From Mobula hypostoma (Eukaryota), in the NCBI RefSeq assembly GCF_963921235.1, contig NC_086110.1, forward strand, positions 23,498,001-23,562,000: a stretch of DNA of 64,000 nucleotides. The letters are read 5' to 3'. The notes below the pieces were generated by a model. That model saw only the letters and a list, made by a program, of their open reading frames with translations. It was not told the DNA's origin and ran no database searches. A program made the position numbers and the translations under genes. Of this stretch, positions 60,620-64,000 are shown piece by piece. Numbering within the stretch: position 1 is the first letter of the stretch; every line of letters starts with the position of its first letter.

Positions 60620-60950
60620 TTTTCAGCATCCAAATTGACCACACATACTTGTGTAACTCACTCAGTCTCCAATCACCTTCTTAATTTCCCTTTGGTCTCC
60701 TTCTGTCCTTCAGGTGCCACCTCTCACCTTTACTTACCCTCTTCCTCTTCCGCCCACCCACCGGATCTGTCGCACATCCCTTGTCACTTCCTCACCCTTC
60801 CTCAAGTGGCCCTCAACCACATCTTCCCCCCAGACCTTCCATCTCCCTTTATTCTCTTAAGGACCATTCCCTAAAACTATTCCTCCTTCCACCCACCCCC
60901 TGTACATAATAGCAACACCATCCTGGTGTCCAGCCCGGTACAGACTGCGC
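60620..60950 (+). mobile_element. Old PLE ORF fragment (RT to GIY-YIG linker)
   Basis: NHIFPPDLPS..aaggaccattccct resembles the PLE linker HIFPSPPLSAFRRDRSL. Confidence 0.45.
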
Positions 60951-60989
60951 AGAGTTTCCCAGCGGGCTGGAGGGGTGTATGGGATGGGA

Positions 60990-61262
60990 TGGGATGCAGT
61001 AGCATGGCGATTAGCACAGTGTTATTACAGTGCCAGCTGGAAGATCGGGGTTCAATTCTCACCGCTGTCTGTACGTTCTCCCCGTGACCACGTCCCAGAG
61101 ATGTATAGTAAGGTTAGTGAGTTGTGGGCATGCTACGTTGGCGCTGGAATCCTGGCGACACTTGCGGGCTGTCTAGCCCAATCCTCACTGATTTGAGTTG
61201 ATGCAGACGACACATTTCACTCTATGTTTTGATGTACGTGTGGGAAATAAAGTTAAACTTTC
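60990..61262 (+). mobile_element. tRNA-derived SINE (partial V-domain)
   Basis: tagcatggcgattagc A-box-like, ggggttcaattc B box, ttctccccgtgacc, tail gacacttgcgggctg..gatgtacgtg..aataaagttaaac. Confidence 0.85.
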
Positions 61263-61939
61263 CTCCTTTCACGTGTGGTTGCAGTGGCATAAGCACTGGA
61301 GTGTTAGTGAGTGGGGTTGAATTTCCTGTAAGGATGAAAAACGTATAGTTAATTTCTGCTTGGTCATCTCCCACAGTAAACAGTGCAATGACCAAGTTAT
61401 CTGTTTTGAGGTGGGTGTTTATTGATTGAGGAAAATATATTGGCCTGGGCAAAGACTGAACATGGCTAATTTTCCAATGAAATAATTTCCGCAGCACTGA
61501 GAAACAGTGACACCTCTGGATGCCATTTGGAAAGGGGTACATTGAGGAGCATTGATCCAGGTTCTCCTCGATTTAGACAGGCTCCTGTGGTAAAACAGCA
61601 GTTAGTGCCGCCAGATCACAGCTCCTGTGACCCATGTTCAGCAGAACAAGCTGCAGTGCTGCAGAGAAAATAAACAGAGGGGCATTAACACTGATGGGAT
61701 TTATTCTGGAGCCAGCATGGGCTTTGGGGGAGGGGCTGAATGGCCTCTTCTCTGTGTAATTAGTAAGTAATAATCCGCTGGATAAATGCCTATACTTATA
61801 TACATGACTTTTTTGGAATGAACAGGAAGATGGGGTTTAATAAATTTTGATGCACTTTTGCATCGATAATGTGGCAGTAACAGCAGGCAGTACATGACAA
61901 AGGAACAATTCCGTAAAATCAGGTTGGATTCCCTGGAAT

Positions 61940-64000
61940 GCATAAAATATAGGAGCAAAATTAGGCCATTCAGCCCCTTGGATCTGCCCTACAATTCCAT
62001 CATGAATGATTTATTATCCTTTTCTACCACATTCTCCTGCCTTCTCCCTGTAACCGTTGACACCCTGATTAATCAAGAACCTATCAACCTCCACTTTAAA
62101 TACACCCAGAGAGTTGGACTGCACAGCCATCTGTGGCAATGAATTGCATAGATTACCCAACTCTGGCTGAAGAAAAGTTGGCATCAACCAACTGCTCCTC
62201 ATATATTAACCCTTCAATTCCTGGGATAATTCTTGAGAATCTTCTCTGGACTGTCTAATGCCAGCACATCTTTTCTGCTCACAATGCTCCAAATGGAGCC
62301 TGACTAATATCTTATAAAGCCTCAGCATCACATCCGTGCTTTTGTATTCTAGTCCTCTTGAAATGAACACTAACATCGCATTTGTCTTTCTTACCACCAG
62401 TTTAACCTTCAAGTTAACCTTTAGGTAATCCTACATGAGGACCCCCAAATCTCTTTGCTCATCAGATTTATGAATTTTCTCCCCATTTAGAAAATAGTCC
62501 ATGCCTTTATTCCTTCTACCATGCACTTCCCGACACTATACTCAATCTGCCATTCTTTGCCCATTCCCCCAAATCCTTCTGCAGACACCCTGCTTCCTTA
62601 AACCCTACCTGCCCTTTCACCTATCTTTGTATCAACTGCAAACTTGACCACAAAGCCATCAATTCCTTCATCCAAAATATTGACATATAATGTAAAAAGA
62701 AGCAGTCCTAACACTGACCCCTGCAACACACCACTAGTCACTGGCAGCCAACCAGAAAAGGTCCCCTTTATTCCCACTCTTTGCTCCTGCTATCAGCCAA
62801 TCTAATATCTATGCTAGTATCTTTCCTGTAATACCATGGACTCTTATCTTGTTAAGCAGTCTTATATGGAGCATCTTTTCAAAAGTTTTCTGGAAATCAA
62901 ATAAACAACATCCACTGACTCTCCTTTGTCTATCGTGCCTGTTGTTTCCTCAAAGAATTCCAACAGATTTGGCAAGAAAGGTTTTCCCTTAAAGGAACCA
63001 TGCTGACTTTGACCTACTTTATCATGTGCTTCCAAATACCCTGAAACCTAATCCTTAATCGTGGACTCCCAACATCTTTCCAACCACTGAAGTCAGGATA
63101 ACTGGCCTATAATTTCCTTTCTTTTGCTACTCTCCCTTCTTAAAGAGTGGAGTGCCATTTGCATTTTTCCAGTTCTCTGGAACTGTTTCAAGTCTACTGA
63201 TTCCTGAAAGATCACAATCTGTTCAGGTACCTTTGTCCAAGTGACTAATCTACTTTAAAACTTTTCAGCTTCCCAAGCCCCTTCTCCTTATTGGTAGCAA
63301 TGACATTCACTTCGGCCCGACACTCTCGTGTCTTCCACAGTGAAGACTGACGCAAAATACTTATTAAGTTCATGCACCATTTCTTTGCCTCCCACTACTA
63401 CCTCACCAGCATCATTTTCCAGCAGTCTGATGTCCACTTTCATCTCTCTTTAACTCCTTATATACTTGAAAAATTTTTTTGTATCCTCTTTTATATTATT
63501 GGCTAGCTTACCTTCGTATTTCATTTTCTCTCTTTTTGGCTTTTTAGTTGCTTTCTGTTGGTTTTTAAAAGCTCCCCAATCCTCTAACGCCCCACCAATT
63601 GTTGCTATATTATATGCCATCATTTTTGCTTTTATGTTATCTTTGACTTCTCTTGTCAGCCACAGTTGTCTCATCCTCCCTTAGAATGTTTCATTTTTCC
63701 TGCACCTTCTGAATTACTCCAAGAAACTTCAGCCATTGCCCTTCTGCTGTCATCCCTGCCAGTGTCCCCTTCTAATTAACTTTGGCCAGTTCTACTCTCA
63801 TGCCTCTGTAATTCCCTTTACTCCACTGTAATACTGATACACCTGACTTTAGCTTCTCCCTCTGAAATTGCAGGGTGAATTCTATCATGTTATGATCACT
63901 GTCTCCTAAGGGTTCCTTTACCTTAAGCTCCCTAATCAAAACTGGATCATTACATAACACCCAATCCTGAATTGCCGTTCCCTGGTGGGCTCAGCCACAA
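61940..64000 (-). mobile_element. CR1 LINE, endonuclease region to 3' end, running off the window
   Basis: EPLGDSDHNMIEF, WLTREVKDNIKAK, KKFFKYIRS, MLRLYKILVRLHLEHC; tail aaatataggagcaaaattaggccattc. Confidence 0.95.

Overview
Vertebrate nuclear DNA, very probably from a cartilaginous fish (ray or shark). This is inferred from HE1/V-SINE-like SINEs, HER1/CR1-type LINEs and Deu-domain SINE relics. The window is intronic or intergenic and dominated by transposable elements: many CR1 and Rex1/Babar-like LINE fragments, Penelope-like element (PLE) ends, RTE-tailed non-autonomous elements, one L1 fragment, two solo LTRs, a Tigger/pogo deletion derivative, hAT MITEs and a long-TIR MITE. Many of these are nested in one another. 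A 2.8-kb, very homogeneous 33-bp purine-rich minisatellite lies at 8.9-11.7 kb. I recognise no host protein-coding gene with confidence; nearly all ORFs in the track are TE remnants or repeat artefacts. A CpG island with strong splice donors (58.3-59.5 kb), an RFX/ETS/CRE motif cluster followed by an ORF (14.9-15.9 kb) and a hydrophobic ATG-to-donor segment (50.1-50.3 kb) suggest alternative 5' exons of a + strand gene whose body lies beyond the window. The most notable observations are: at least 7 decayed minimal hammerhead-ribozyme motifs in the PLE ends; an L1 fragment carrying an out-of-order piece of L1 ORF2 flanked by a 14-bp duplication, itself nested in a solo LTR; a perfect 59-bp-arm hairpin; and a triple-nested MITE/LINE/RTE structure. 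I see no convincing evidence of a wholly new biological system. TE family names come from motif recognition, not database searches, and most boundaries are approximate.
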